From positions 1-64,000 of IMG/VR virus record IMGVR_UViG_3300005532_000007: a stretch of 64,000 bases of DNA; one strand, 5' to 3'. The notes beneath the pieces were generated by a model, which searched no databases, was not told where the DNA came from, and was given only the letters and a program-made list of their open reading frames with translations. This DNA is from a virus. A program made the position numbers and the translations under genes. Positions 1 through 9,092 of this stretch are shown piece by piece (within the stretch, counting starts at the first letter, position 1; every line of letters begins with the position of its first letter).

Positions 1-3
1 GTC

Positions 4-30
4 TGGTGTCCGAGGGGGGACTTGAACCCC
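4..30 (-). other. Attachment site: duplicated 3' end of a tRNA (probably tRNA-Leu)
   Basis: Minus strand GGGGTTCAAGTCCCCCCTCGGACACCA gives T-arm, acceptor 3' strand and CCA; similarity stops at 30, so it is not a full tRNA; resembles actinomycete tRNA-Leu 3' ends as I recall them. Confidence 0.85.
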
Positions 31-70
31 GCTTGCACAGCAGGTCAGCAGGTAGACGGCTCGCGCGAAT

Positions 71-97
71 GGCGACTAAAGGCGACTGGCGGCGAGT
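71..97 (+). repeat. Three GGCGA(C/G)T direct repeats at 10-bp spacing, candidate integrase arm/Xis sites
   Basis: ggcgactaaa ggcgactggc ggcgagt next to the att core. Confidence 0.4.
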
Positions 98-173
98 TTT
101 GACCGCTGCGTGCTCCAAAATACAGCAGCCGCCCGGCCCCGCACAGGGGCGGCAGGGCTCTGATCATGAGTGA

Positions 174-195
174 ATGACACTATTCACCGTGTCAT
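174..195. promoter_or_regulatory. Inverted repeat ATGACAC-N8-GTGTCAT upstream of the late operon
   Basis: Perfect 7-bp arms in an AT-richer patch just before the ATG at 205. Confidence 0.4.
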
Positions 196-204
196 CCTTT
201 GCGT

Positions 205-777
205 ATGACCGAAGATCGGCCGCACTGGAAGGACGAGCCGCGCACCCGCATGGGCCGGTGGGCCAAGTCCCTGGAGTCCGCCGAACGCGACGCCGAGGCC
301 GCTCGGCTGTGGGGCCGCGGCTGGACGTACGAGAAGATCTCCGACCATCTCGACTACGGCGACAAGGCCAACGCGTGGCGCGCCGTCCGCGCGGCACTCA
401 AGGCTGCTCAGAGCGAGGGCGTCGAAGAAGCACGCAAGGCGCAGATCGCTCTGATCGACGAGATGATCCGGCATGCCCTCGACGTCGCCGAAACCGATCA
501 CGTCATGGTCAGCCACGGCAAGATCATCAAGGATGACGATGGGAACCCGCTGTTCGATGACGGCCCGCGGCTTGCGGCGATCGGCCGAGTTGAGCAGCTG
601 ATCGCGCGCAAGGCGGCGCTGACCGGCACAGCAATGCCTACACGATCGAAGGTCGAATTCGGCCGTGACGACGAACGCGAGACCGAGCTGCTCGCCGAGA
701 TAGAACGGCTGCGCCGCGAACGCGCCGCTGGCGCGGACACAGAGCCGGACGGCGATGAGCGCAGCGAGCGGCCCTGA
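205..777 (+). CDS. Terminase small subunit (HTH)
   Basis: HTH-like LWGRGWTYEKISDHLDY; directly upstream of and overlapping the large terminase gene. Confidence 0.75.
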   Translation: MTEDRPHWKDEPRTRMGRWAKSLESAERDAEAARLWGRGWTYEKISDHLDYGDKANAWRAVRAALKAAQSEGVEEARKAQIALIDEMIRHALDVAETDHVMVSHGKIIKDDDGNPLFDDGPRLAAIGRVEQLIARKAALTGTAMPTRSKVEFGRDDERETELLAEIERLRRERAAGADTEPDGDERSERP

Positions 778-2686
778 CCGCGGCCCGTACCTCGAGGTCC
801 AGCGCGCCGCGCTGCGCGAGCTCGGCCACAGCGACACGGACATCGACCTCGCGGCGCTCGAACGCGAACTGGCCGACCTGCGGCTGTGGCGCCGCGCCCG
901 GGAACGCGACCGCGCCGCGCTCGAGGAGATCGCCGACCGGGAGAACGAGTTCGCGGCGCTGCTCGCGAACGCCGCCGGGTTCAACAAGCTGGTGCGCGAC
1001 GACCCGGACGTGGACGGGTACCTGCTACGGCCGGACGGTAGCGAGCACACCAGCGAGAGTTTCGACCTCACGGACTGGCTGACCGAACGCCTCGCGCCGT
1101 TCGGCGGCCTCGACTCCCCGCTGCTGCGCCGGCCCGAGGGACGCCGGGCGCTGACCGAGTGCGACCCGCTGCTGTTCGCCCTCGTCTATCTGCCGCACCA
1201 CCTCAAAACGGTGCTCCCTGGGCAGGTCGGCGAGGGCGTGTTCTCCTTCGCGGACTTCCACCTGGACGTGTGCCGGCGCGCCCGGCCCAGCGTGCAGCCC
1301 GTGCTGGAGGTGCGCGGACCCCGGGACTGCTACGTCGCCCCCCGTCACACCGGCAAAACCACCTGGCACTTCCTGCTGCTGGCCATGTGGGAGGCCGCGT
1401 TCCTGCACGAGAGCTTCATCGCCGCGTTCGCGGACTCCGCCACCCAGGCGGAGATCCACCTGATGAGCTTCCGCAACGAGCTGGAGAACAACGACCTGCT
1501 GCGCGAGGACTTCCCCGCGCTGTGCAAACCCGCGGTGAAACTGCGCGCCAGGGTCGACGACGCGGGCAACGTCCACGAGTCCGGGCGGGCGCTGAAAGAC
1601 AACGAGGCGATGTACATCGCCTCCAGCGGATTCATCTTCGCCGCCCGCGGCGTGGACACTAAGACATTGGGATTGAAGGTCGAGGAGAAACGCCCCAGCA
1701 AGCTGCTGCTCGACGACGTGGAACCGGACGAATCCAACTACAGCCAGGAGCAGTGCGCCAAACGGCTGCGCTCCATCATCGACGCGATCCTGCCGCTGAA
1801 CCTGCGCGCCCGCGTCGTGCTGGTCGGCACCGTGGTCATGCCCGGGTCGATCATCCACCAGCTCGTCGAGTCCGAGCGGTATCCGGAGGAGCAGGAGGAC
1901 AATCCGGACACTGAGTGGATCGCCGAACAGGCCATCGCGGTGCACTACTACGCGCCGATCATCGACACGTTCGACCCGGTCACCGGCGAGGCCGGGCAGC
2001 GTTCCATCTGGCCGGCGAAGTGGCCGCTGGAGTTCCTGCTCTCGATCTGCACTACCCGCGACTTCCTGAAGAACTTCGCCAACGACCCGATGGGCAGCCA
2101 GGGCACGTACTGGACGCCGGAGGACTTCGGCACCAACCGCGTCTCAGCGGAGCTGCAGGCGCAGACCCTCGCCTCCATCACGCACCAGCTGCTCGCGATC
2201 GACCCGGCGGTGACCACGAAGAAGAAGAGCGACTACACCGCGTTCGTCGTCGTCGGGTACAGCGCGGTGACCCGGCGGTGCGTGGTGCGCGACGCGTGGG
2301 CGGTGCGGGTGCAGCCGGGCGCGGCGATGTGCGCGTTCATCACGCGAGTGCTGGCGCAGTACCCGCAGATCCGCGGCCTGGTGATCGAGTCGAATCAGGG
2401 CGGCGAGACGTGGCTCGCGATCCTCGGGGATCTCGGGTTGCCGATCGAGACGGTGTGGCACAGCGAACCGAAGGAGGTGCGCGCCGCCCGACTGCTGGAC
2501 AAGTACCAGCGCGGCGGCCGGTGCTTCCATGAACGGCCGCTGCGCGAGCTCGAGCAGAACATGGTGGTCTTCCCGCGCGGCCGCAACGACGACCTGGTAG
2601 ACGGCGCCGGCACCGGGGTGGAGTGGTTCCTGGACCGACCGGCGCAGTCGCGGCGCGGCGGCGGGAAGAGCGTCGGGTACGTGTGA
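755..2686 (+). CDS. terL: Terminase large subunit
   Basis: Walker A APRHTGKTT, Walker B LLLDDVE, nuclease motifs AIDPA..SDYTA, IESNQGG, NDDLVDG. Confidence 0.93.
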   Translation: MSAASGPDRGPYLEVQRAALRELGHSDTDIDLAALERELADLRLWRRARERDRAALEEIADRENEFAALLANAAGFNKLVRDDPDVDGYLLRPDGSEHTSESFDLTDWLTERLAPFGGLDSPLLRRPEGRRALTECDPLLFALVYLPHHLKTVLPGQVGEGVFSFADFHLDVCRRARPSVQPVLEVRGPRDCYVAPRHTGKTTWHFLLLAMWEAAFLHESFIAAFADSATQAEIHLMSFRNELENNDLLREDFPALCKPAVKLRARVDDAGNVHESGRALKDNEAMYIASSGFIFAARGVDTKTLGLKVEEKRPSKLLLDDVEPDESNYSQEQCAKRLRSIIDAILPLNLRARVVLVGTVVMPGSIIHQLVESERYPEEQEDNPDTEWIAEQAIAVHYYAPIIDTFDPVTGEAGQRSIWPAKWPLEFLLSICTTRDFLKNFANDPMGSQGTYWTPEDFGTNRVSAELQAQTLASITHQLLAIDPAVTTKKKSDYTAFVVVGYSAVTRRCVVRDAWAVRVQPGAAMCAFITRVLAQYPQIRGLVIESNQGGETWLAILGDLGLPIETVWHSEPKEVRAARLLDKYQRGGRCFHERPLRELEQNMVVFPRGRNDDLVDGAGTGVEWFLDRPAQSRRGGGKSVGYV

Positions 2687-2736
2687 CAAGCCCTGAGCCT
2701 TACTATGTCCCCTAAATAGTGAGGGAGGCTCAGCAA

Positions 2737-4371
2737 ATGGCGCTCGCGTGGCCACCCACCCAGGCAGGGGCCGACCCGACCCGGTTCGTCGACGACCTCG
2801 ACGAAGGCCTCAAAGCCATGGCGCACGCCGACCGCGCCTACCGCAAAGCCCAGGTCTACTACGAGGGCTCCTTCCCCGAGGTGTTCGCCTCCCCCCGCCT
2901 GCGCGCCGCGCTCGCCCGCACCGGCGTGGACTTCCGCCTGAACTTCGCCAAGACGCCCGTGGACGCGGTGGTCTCCCGCCTGAAGATCAACGCCATCACC
3001 TCGCCCCTGGACGGCGTGCAGGACACGATCGCGCAGATCTGGAAAGACAACCAGCTCGACCTGTTCGAGATCCTCTCCTTCCGGCGGGCCTGCGAGTTCG
3101 GGGACTCCTACCTGCTGGTGTGGCCCGACGCGAACATCCCCTCAGGGGTGCGGGTGTACCTGAACAACCCGCGCGTGATGCGGATCCTGTACGACGCCGA
3201 GAACGAGATCGAGAAACGCTTCGCGATCAAAATGTGGAAGGACGGCAACGCCCACAAGGCGTTCCTGTACTACGCGGACCGCATCGAGAAGTACATCACC
3301 GCCGACGGCAAGGACGGCTCGCAACGCGACGACTGGGGCGAATACAGCGACCCGGAGGACGACGGCTGGCCGTTGGACAACCCCTTCGGCGAAGTACCGG
3401 TCTTCCATCTGCGCACCGATTTCCAGTATGGCGTCCCGGAGCACTCCGGGGCGTACGGGCCGCAGAACCTCGTGCACAAGCTGGTGATGGGACACGCCGC
3501 AGGCATCGACTACCACGCGCTGCCGCAGCGCTGGGCGCTGACCGAGACCGGCACGAACGCCAATGACTTCGCGGTGGGCGACGAGGACGAATACGCCTAC
3601 TCGCTCGATACCGGAGCTACCGGCAACGCCGATGACGGGCGGGCGCAACTGCGCTCCGAACCCGGGTCGGTGTGGTTCCTGGAGAACATCAAGGCACTGG
3701 GTGAGTTCGGGACCGGTGACCCGTCGGTGTTCATCGCGCCGATGGAGTTCTACGTGCGCGCCATGGCGCAGATCACCACCACCCCGATCCACTACTTCGA
3801 CACCATCGGGCAGACCCCGTCCGGTGAATCGCTGCGCACCATGGAAGCGCCGTTCGTGGAGAAGGTCGAAAACCGGCAGCTGCTGTTCGGCGGGGCGTGG
3901 CGCGACGCGATGGATTTCGCGCTCAAATGCCTCGGGGTCGATCAGGCGCAGATCGACGTGCACTGGAACCCGTGCTCGTCCGTGTCCGACATGCAGGCGT
4001 GGCAGACCGCGAAGATGAAGAACGACCTCGGTGTGCCGGCCAAGCAGCTGCTGTTGGAGGCCGGGTACAGCGAGGAGCAGGTCGACGCGTGGCTGGCCGA
4101 GGGCGCTCAGTCCCTCGCGCAGCAGATCGAGACCCTCAACGCGCTCGGCCTCGCGGCGCAGGGCCTGGCGGTCGCGGTTCAGCTAGGCGTGGTGGACGAG
4201 GCCGGGGTCAAGGCGCTGCTCGCGCACATGCTGCCGCAGATGCTCGGCATGGGCCCGGACGGCGAGCCGATGCCGCTCGGGTCGGCGGGCAAGGTCCCGG
4301 CGCTGACCGGGTCCGGCAGCATCGAAGACACGCAGGGCGTGGAGACCGCCGGTGACGGCGGCGATCAGTGA
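2737..4371 (+). CDS. Portal protein (SPP1 gp6-like)
   Basis: YYEG, NFAKTPVD, FGDSYLLVW, NPFGEVPVFH, PSGESLR motifs; follows terL; GGAGG RBS before ATG 2737. Confidence 0.92.
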   Translation: MALAWPPTQAGADPTRFVDDLDEGLKAMAHADRAYRKAQVYYEGSFPEVFASPRLRAALARTGVDFRLNFAKTPVDAVVSRLKINAITSPLDGVQDTIAQIWKDNQLDLFEILSFRRACEFGDSYLLVWPDANIPSGVRVYLNNPRVMRILYDAENEIEKRFAIKMWKDGNAHKAFLYYADRIEKYITADGKDGSQRDDWGEYSDPEDDGWPLDNPFGEVPVFHLRTDFQYGVPEHSGAYGPQNLVHKLVMGHAAGIDYHALPQRWALTETGTNANDFAVGDEDEYAYSLDTGATGNADDGRAQLRSEPGSVWFLENIKALGEFGTGDPSVFIAPMEFYVRAMAQITTTPIHYFDTIGQTPSGESLRTMEAPFVEKVENRQLLFGGAWRDAMDFALKCLGVDQAQIDVHWNPCSSVSDMQAWQTAKMKNDLGVPAKQLLLEAGYSEEQVDAWLAEGAQSLAQQIETLNALGLAAQGLAVAVQLGVVDEAGVKALLAHMLPQMLGMGPDGEPMPLGSAGKVPALTGSGSIEDTQGVETAGDGGDQ

Positions 4372-5411
4372 GCTCCCCCACGCTCGAGCAGCAGCCTGTC
4401 TCGGCGCAGACCGCGCAGTCGTGGGAGCACGCCGATCAGGTCGCCGCTTTCTCGGCCACGGCCGCCGCGCAGCTGACCGGCCGCGCCCCCGAGATGCTCA
4501 AGGCGCTGCTCGCGGCCGCGCTGGTGAAGTGGAGCGCGGAGGGCCTGGAGCACGCCGGTGACGGCCTGGTCGCGATGACGCGGCTGTTCGACTTCCGCAC
4601 CTGGTTCGCGGCCCGGCTCGCCGAGATCGGGGCGGCGCTGCCGGATCCGCAGCGCCTGATCCCCGCGCTGGAGCAGGCGGTCGAGCTGGGGGCGCGCCAG
4701 GCGGTCGCCGAGGCCGGGGCGGACATGCCGCCGCGTACCGCGCTGACGCTGGATCAAGGTTCGCTCGGTGAGCTGGCGTCGCTACGTTCGAAGCGGCAGA
4801 AGCTCGCGCAGGACGCGCAGGCCATGGCGGCCCAGGCCCGTACCCGCGCCCAGGTGCAGGCCGCGTTCGCGGTGGCGCAGCGGCAGGTGACGGTGACGCG
4901 CGGCACGGTCGAGGATCTGGTGCACGAGGCGGCGCATTCCGGGATCGATCAGGTCGCGCTCGCCGGGGGCTGGCAGGAGATCTGGATCGGCGAGCGCAAC
5001 GCGTGTGCGCGCTGCCAGAGCTTTCAGGGCGCGATCGCGGATGCGCCGGATTTCCTGTTCCGTCCGGTGCTGCTGGGCGCGTGGCTGCGCCCGGAGGATC
5101 ACATGGGCGTGACGATCGATCTGCATCCGCACGGCCGGTGCCGCGGGCGGCTGGTGCGCGCGCAGCAGGCGCGGGTGAGCAGCCTGATGGACCCCGGGTC
5201 GCTGGCCAGCGTGCTGCGGCGGGAGGCGCGCCGTTCGATCGTGCTCGGGCTGGCGTTGCCGTCCGAGTCGCAGGCGCTGCGCAAACGCGCGGCGCAGGAG
5301 CTGCTGGACCGGCGCGGTGGCGCGGGTCTGCCGAAGACGGTTGAGCAGCGGGCCCGGCAGCGTATCAAGGCGGGCGAGTTCCGCACGCGTGTCGATGTCA
5401 CAGCGAGATAG
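4368..5411 (+). CDS. Minor head / head morphogenesis protein (MuF-like)
   Basis: W..ERNACARC and LHPHGRCR motifs; lies between portal and scaffold. Confidence 0.75.
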   Translation: MSSPTLEQQPVSAQTAQSWEHADQVAAFSATAAAQLTGRAPEMLKALLAAALVKWSAEGLEHAGDGLVAMTRLFDFRTWFAARLAEIGAALPDPQRLIPALEQAVELGARQAVAEAGADMPPRTALTLDQGSLGELASLRSKRQKLAQDAQAMAAQARTRAQVQAAFAVAQRQVTVTRGTVEDLVHEAAHSGIDQVALAGGWQEIWIGERNACARCQSFQGAIADAPDFLFRPVLLGAWLRPEDHMGVTIDLHPHGRCRGRLVRAQQARVSSLMDPGSLASVLRREARRSIVLGLALPSESQALRKRAAQELLDRRGGAGLPKTVEQRARQRIKAGEFRTRVDVTAR

Positions 5412-5425
5412 AAAGCAGTCCCCTC

Positions 5426-6295
5426 ATGAGTGATGTGTTGGTGCTCGGTTACCGGGCGGATGGTCGTGCGGTGCATTGGATCCGCGGCGGCGCGGAAGGC
5501 GACGGCGGCGCCGCGGCGGGTGACGGGAACGCCGGGGCGGGCGCGGGCGACGGGAACCCCGCCGGCAGCGGTGGCGCGTCCGGACAGGCAGGACAAGGCG
5601 CCCAGAGCGGCAGCGGAGCGCAGCGCGCCGGCGCGGGCGACGGCGAGGAGATCGAGTACAACGAGGAGAACTTCAAGAAGCTGATCGACGACCTGAACCG
5701 CGAGCGCACCGAACGCGCCGAGCTAGAGGCGAAGCACCAGCAGGAGAAGCACTCCCTCTCCAGCGAGGCGAAGAAGTACCGGCTGCGGGCGCGGTCGCTC
5801 GCTGACATGCTCGGCGACGAGGCCACGGGTAAGCCCGGGCCGAAGGCTGCGGCGAAGGGCGCCCAGGGCCAGCAGCAGGATGCGGGGCCGGATCCGGAGG
5901 TGGCGCGGCTCGCCGCGCAGCTGGAGGAGACACGGGCGCGCATGCTTGCCTCGGAGGCGCAGGCGGAGCTGCTGCGCGCGGAGGCGAACCCGAAGCATGT
6001 GCAGCGGCTCGCGCGGATGCTGGATCTGAACGCGGACGGCCGGGAGGATGTGGCGTCGCTCGCGGAGCAGATCGCGGAGCTGAAGGCGGATATGCCGGAG
6101 CTGTTCGGCACCCCCGCCGCAGCGACGGCCGGAGCGGGCAACGGCGCCGGGACGGGCGCACGGGTGCTGCGCGCCGCCCCGGCCGTGGCCGGGAGAGGCG
6201 CCGCAGGCCGGGGCGGCAACGAGGCGGCTCAACCGCCCAAGAGCGCCAACATCCTGGCTGATCGGCTGCTCGGCCGGAGCGAACCGTCCGTTTAG
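5426..6295 (+). CDS. Capsid scaffolding protein
   Basis: Gly-rich N-terminus, coiled coil (EAKKYRLR), IAELKADMPELF motif; upstream of the capsid gene. Confidence 0.85.
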   Translation: MSDVLVLGYRADGRAVHWIRGGAEGDGGAAAGDGNAGAGAGDGNPAGSGGASGQAGQGAQSGSGAQRAGAGDGEEIEYNEENFKKLIDDLNRERTERAELEAKHQQEKHSLSSEAKKYRLRARSLADMLGDEATGKPGPKAAAKGAQGQQQDAGPDPEVARLAAQLEETRARMLASEAQAELLRAEANPKHVQRLARMLDLNADGREDVASLAEQIAELKADMPELFGTPAAATAGAGNGAGTGARVLRAAPAVAGRGAAGRGGNEAAQPPKSANILADRLLGRSEPSV

Positions 6296-6516
6296 GCCGC
6301 CAGCCGCGCCATCACCGCACTGATCGCGGCATCCACCGAGGCAATCACGCGTCCCGCGCCACAGGTGCATCCCGTGGCGCGCGGACCCAACTCGTCTGCC
6401 TCGCCGTCCGGATCCTCGTCCAGCCCTACCGCGCCGCACAGGTCGTGATGCACCGCGGTGCGCGCATCCACGAGATCGCGCCACTCCTGCGCGAGACCCG
6501 GCGGCAGAACCTCCAC
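6292..6516 (-). CDS. Small antisense hypothetical protein with His/Cys motif
   Basis: 74-aa frame VEVLPPGLAQEW..HHDLC..GCTC filling the scaffold-capsid gap; protein-like composition. Confidence 0.45.
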   Translation of the reverse strand: MEVLPPGLAQEWRDLVDARTAVHHDLCGAVGLDEDPDGEADELGPRATGCTCGAGRVIASVDAAISAVMARLAA

Positions 6517-6630
6517 GCCACATGTGTACCGTGCCGCGCCGACACGCGCGAGAGGTGCGCTTGCCCACGCAGCCATATGTGGCGCAAACTGTGAGGCAGC
6601 ATCAGGATCAAGCCAGGTCGCTCCCGGCGA

Positions 6631-6753
6631 TCCCGGTGCTTTCGAAGCCCTGAGGGCTTTCGCACGACCCGTACGCGGCCGAGCCGCACCCGCAGAAAAC
6701 TCCCACCGCAGCGCACGGCGCCCTGTGGCGCGCCCCGTACGCCAGCACCGGGA
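6631..6753 (+). ncRNA. Candidate structured RNA in the capsid gene leader
   Basis: Perfect 10-bp closing stem TCCCGGTGCT/AGCACCGGGA enclosing three further stems. Confidence 0.5.
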
Positions 6754-6824
6754 CTTACTCCTGTGACGGCTTCCTGCCCCTGTGCCCACATCCGGGGGCG
6801 GCTTCGGAAAGCGATGCCCTCAAG

Positions 6825-7850
6825 ATGCGTATCCTCCTGCCCGGCGCGGTGCTGGGCTACCGCAGCAACGGCGCCCCCATCGTCCTGATCGCAGGTGGCG
6901 CGACCGACAACTTCGACTCCTGGATCCCCGTCGAGTACTCCGCGGACGTGATCCAGAAGGTGAAGCAGACCTCTGCCGTCGAGGCGTACGGCCAGGAGGT
7001 CATGATGTCCACCAACAGCCGCAGCACGCCGCGCGACTCGGGTGCGGACATCGACCACACCGCCAAGGGCGGCTCGTACAACGAGGACACCAACACCAAC
7101 GACCAGGTCACGCTCACCGCCCAGAAGTTCACCCGGGCGTTCCGCATCGCGGAAGAGGACCTGAATGACTCCCTGGCGAACGTGATCAACTCCAAGCAGA
7201 ACGCGTGGGGTACCGCGTACGCGAAGAAGTTCGACAACGCGTGCCTCGGCGTCACCGCGAGCAAGACCACGACCGGCATGGCGTACGACTCGCTGTACTA
7301 CCTGCTCACGCAGAACGACACCGCGACCGGGTACACCGCGAACAGCAACATCACCAACTCGGCCGCGTCGCCGTCGTACGCGGAGTACAACACCTCCCTG
7401 GGCCTGTACGAGGCCGGCGACTACTTCGACGAGGGCGAAACCCTCGTGATTGCGCACCCCGACTTCAAGCAGTCCCTGCGCGGCGTGCTCGACTCGCAGA
7501 ACCGCCCGATCTTCCAGGAGTCCACCGTCGGGTTCCCCGGCGGCGGCCAGGGCGCCACCCCCGCGCGGATCTTCGGCTACCCGATCAAGTGGAGCCTCGG
7601 TGCGCGCCTGTCGGCGACCCCGACGGCCAAGCCCACCGGCCACCCGATCATGGTGTTCTGCAACCCCATGTACATGCTCGTCGGCAAGCGCATCACCAAC
7701 CCGACGAACCCTCAGGGCACCCCGGAATTCCAGGTCATCCCGCCCAACATCAGCTTGTCGGACGAGGCGGTGCTCAAGGGCCGCGCCCGTCGCGCATTCG
7801 CCCCGGGCGTCGAGCAGGCGTTCTCCATCCTCGTCGACACCAGCCGCTGA
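6825..7850 (+). CDS. Major capsid protein (HK97 fold)
   Basis: WIPVEYSADVIQ, LTAQKF, IAEEDLNDS, DSQNRPIF, IFGYPI motifs. Confidence 0.93.
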   Translation: MRILLPGAVLGYRSNGAPIVLIAGGATDNFDSWIPVEYSADVIQKVKQTSAVEAYGQEVMMSTNSRSTPRDSGADIDHTAKGGSYNEDTNTNDQVTLTAQKFTRAFRIAEEDLNDSLANVINSKQNAWGTAYAKKFDNACLGVTASKTTTGMAYDSLYYLLTQNDTATGYTANSNITNSAASPSYAEYNTSLGLYEAGDYFDEGETLVIAHPDFKQSLRGVLDSQNRPIFQESTVGFPGGGQGATPARIFGYPIKWSLGARLSATPTAKPTGHPIMVFCNPMYMLVGKRITNPTNPQGTPEFQVIPPNISLSDEAVLKGRARRAFAPGVEQAFSILVDTSR

Positions 7851-7899
7851 AGCGCGGCCTGATCAGCTTTCTGCGACTCCCGGAAGGACTCAATCGATC

Positions 7900-8340
7900 A
7901 TGCCTACAGCGGGTGGCACCGGCGACCGCAACGAGATCAAGGACCAGTTCGGCAACGTCGACGACTACGTCAGCTCCAGCGGCGAGCTCGTCGCCCAGTA
8001 CGGGCTCTCGCTCGGCGGCGCGGCCGGCCGGTTCGCAATCGGCTCCGGCGCGACCGCCACGATGCCGTCCACCGCGTCGGTCGCCTACACCAGCGCGACC
8101 GTCGCCACCGGCGGCGTGACGATCACGCTGCCGAACGCGAACGCGGTCACCCCAGGCCGTCTGTTCATCGTCAAGGACGAGAACGGCACCGCGACCGGCA
8201 CCAACGTCATCAAGGTCGTCACCGGCACCGGCGGCGGCGCGATCGACGGATCGGCGCAGGGCACCGCCGTGACCGTCGTGAACGCCGCGTACGGGTCGGC
8301 GCGGCTCTACAGCGACGGGACGAACTGGCACCAGTGCTAG
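7900..8340 (+). CDS. Putative capsid decoration / short fibre protein
   Basis: TITLP..GRLFIVKD..IDG..LYSDGTNW beta domain typical of virion appendages; directly after the capsid gene. Confidence 0.6.
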   Translation: MPTAGGTGDRNEIKDQFGNVDDYVSSSGELVAQYGLSLGGAAGRFAIGSGATATMPSTASVAYTSATVATGGVTITLPNANAVTPGRLFIVKDENGTATGTNVIKVVTGTGGGAIDGSAQGTAVTVVNAAYGSARLYSDGTNWHQC

Positions 8341-8352
8341 CGGGCTGATCCG

Positions 8353-8389
8353 GTGCCCGGGCGGATTCCGAGGGGACTGCCGCCCGGGC
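8353..8389 (+). terminator. GC-rich hairpin after the head genes
   Basis: gcccgggcgg ... ccgcccgggc inverted repeat. Confidence 0.4.
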
Positions 8390-8428
8390 GCCACCGCACC
8401 CAAAGGCCTTCGAGCAGGGAGCAGCGTG

Positions 8429-9040
8429 ATGAGTGACGAGCAGGCCACCGGCTCGGAGCAGCAGCCGGCGCAGGAGCAGGGCGACCAGTCGCTGGCGCAG
8501 CCGGTCGCAGACCCGGCCGCGCCACCGTCCGCGACGGAAGCCGAGGCGCAGTCCGCTGAGCCGTCGGTGGAGACCGGCAGCGCGACTGCGGAGGACAACG
8601 AGCAGACACCGGCCGCCGTGCCCGCACCCGAGGCTGAGCCGGAGCCTCCGGCGGCGCCCGAAGCCGCATCCGGCGAGGAGCCGGCCGAGACCAGCGCGAG
8701 CGCGCCCGCCGAGGGTTTCGACCCCGACAAGAACGTCTTCGTCAAGCAGTTCAACCTCGCCTCCGGCGCACCACTACACGAACTGTCCGCCGACGAGATC
8801 ACCGAGCACCCGCAGACCGCGGGCCTGCCGGACGCGGCCGCCCGGGCGGCACTGGACCTGGGCTACAAGCCGACCGGTCCGGCGCAGCTCGTACACGCCG
8901 AGCCCGACGGCGCCAAGAGCGCCCTGTCGTTCGCGGTGCCCGTCGAGCCGCGCCCAGGCCCGACGGCCTCGTTCGCGCCCGAGCCGTTCCAGGAGCGCCC
9001 GCGCGAAGACGGCCCGGAGTCGGCCCCGCCCGGCGAGTAA
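8429..9040 (+). CDS. Acidic Pro/Ala-rich hypothetical protein
   Basis: ORF with RBS in the structural operon. Confidence 0.7.
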   Translation: MSDEQATGSEQQPAQEQGDQSLAQPVADPAAPPSATEAEAQSAEPSVETGSATAEDNEQTPAAVPAPEAEPEPPAAPEAASGEEPAETSASAPAEGFDPDKNVFVKQFNLASGAPLHELSADEITEHPQTAGLPDAAARAALDLGYKPTGPAQLVHAEPDGAKSALSFAVPVEPRPGPTASFAPEPFQERPREDGPESAPPGE

Positions 9041-9092
9041 CCCGCTCCACCACCGAAATCGGACCGGCGCGCAAGGGAGGTGACGGCCGCTC

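Noticed and set aside
4-30. Functional tRNA gene at the left edge
   Set aside because: Only the T-arm and acceptor 3' strand are present
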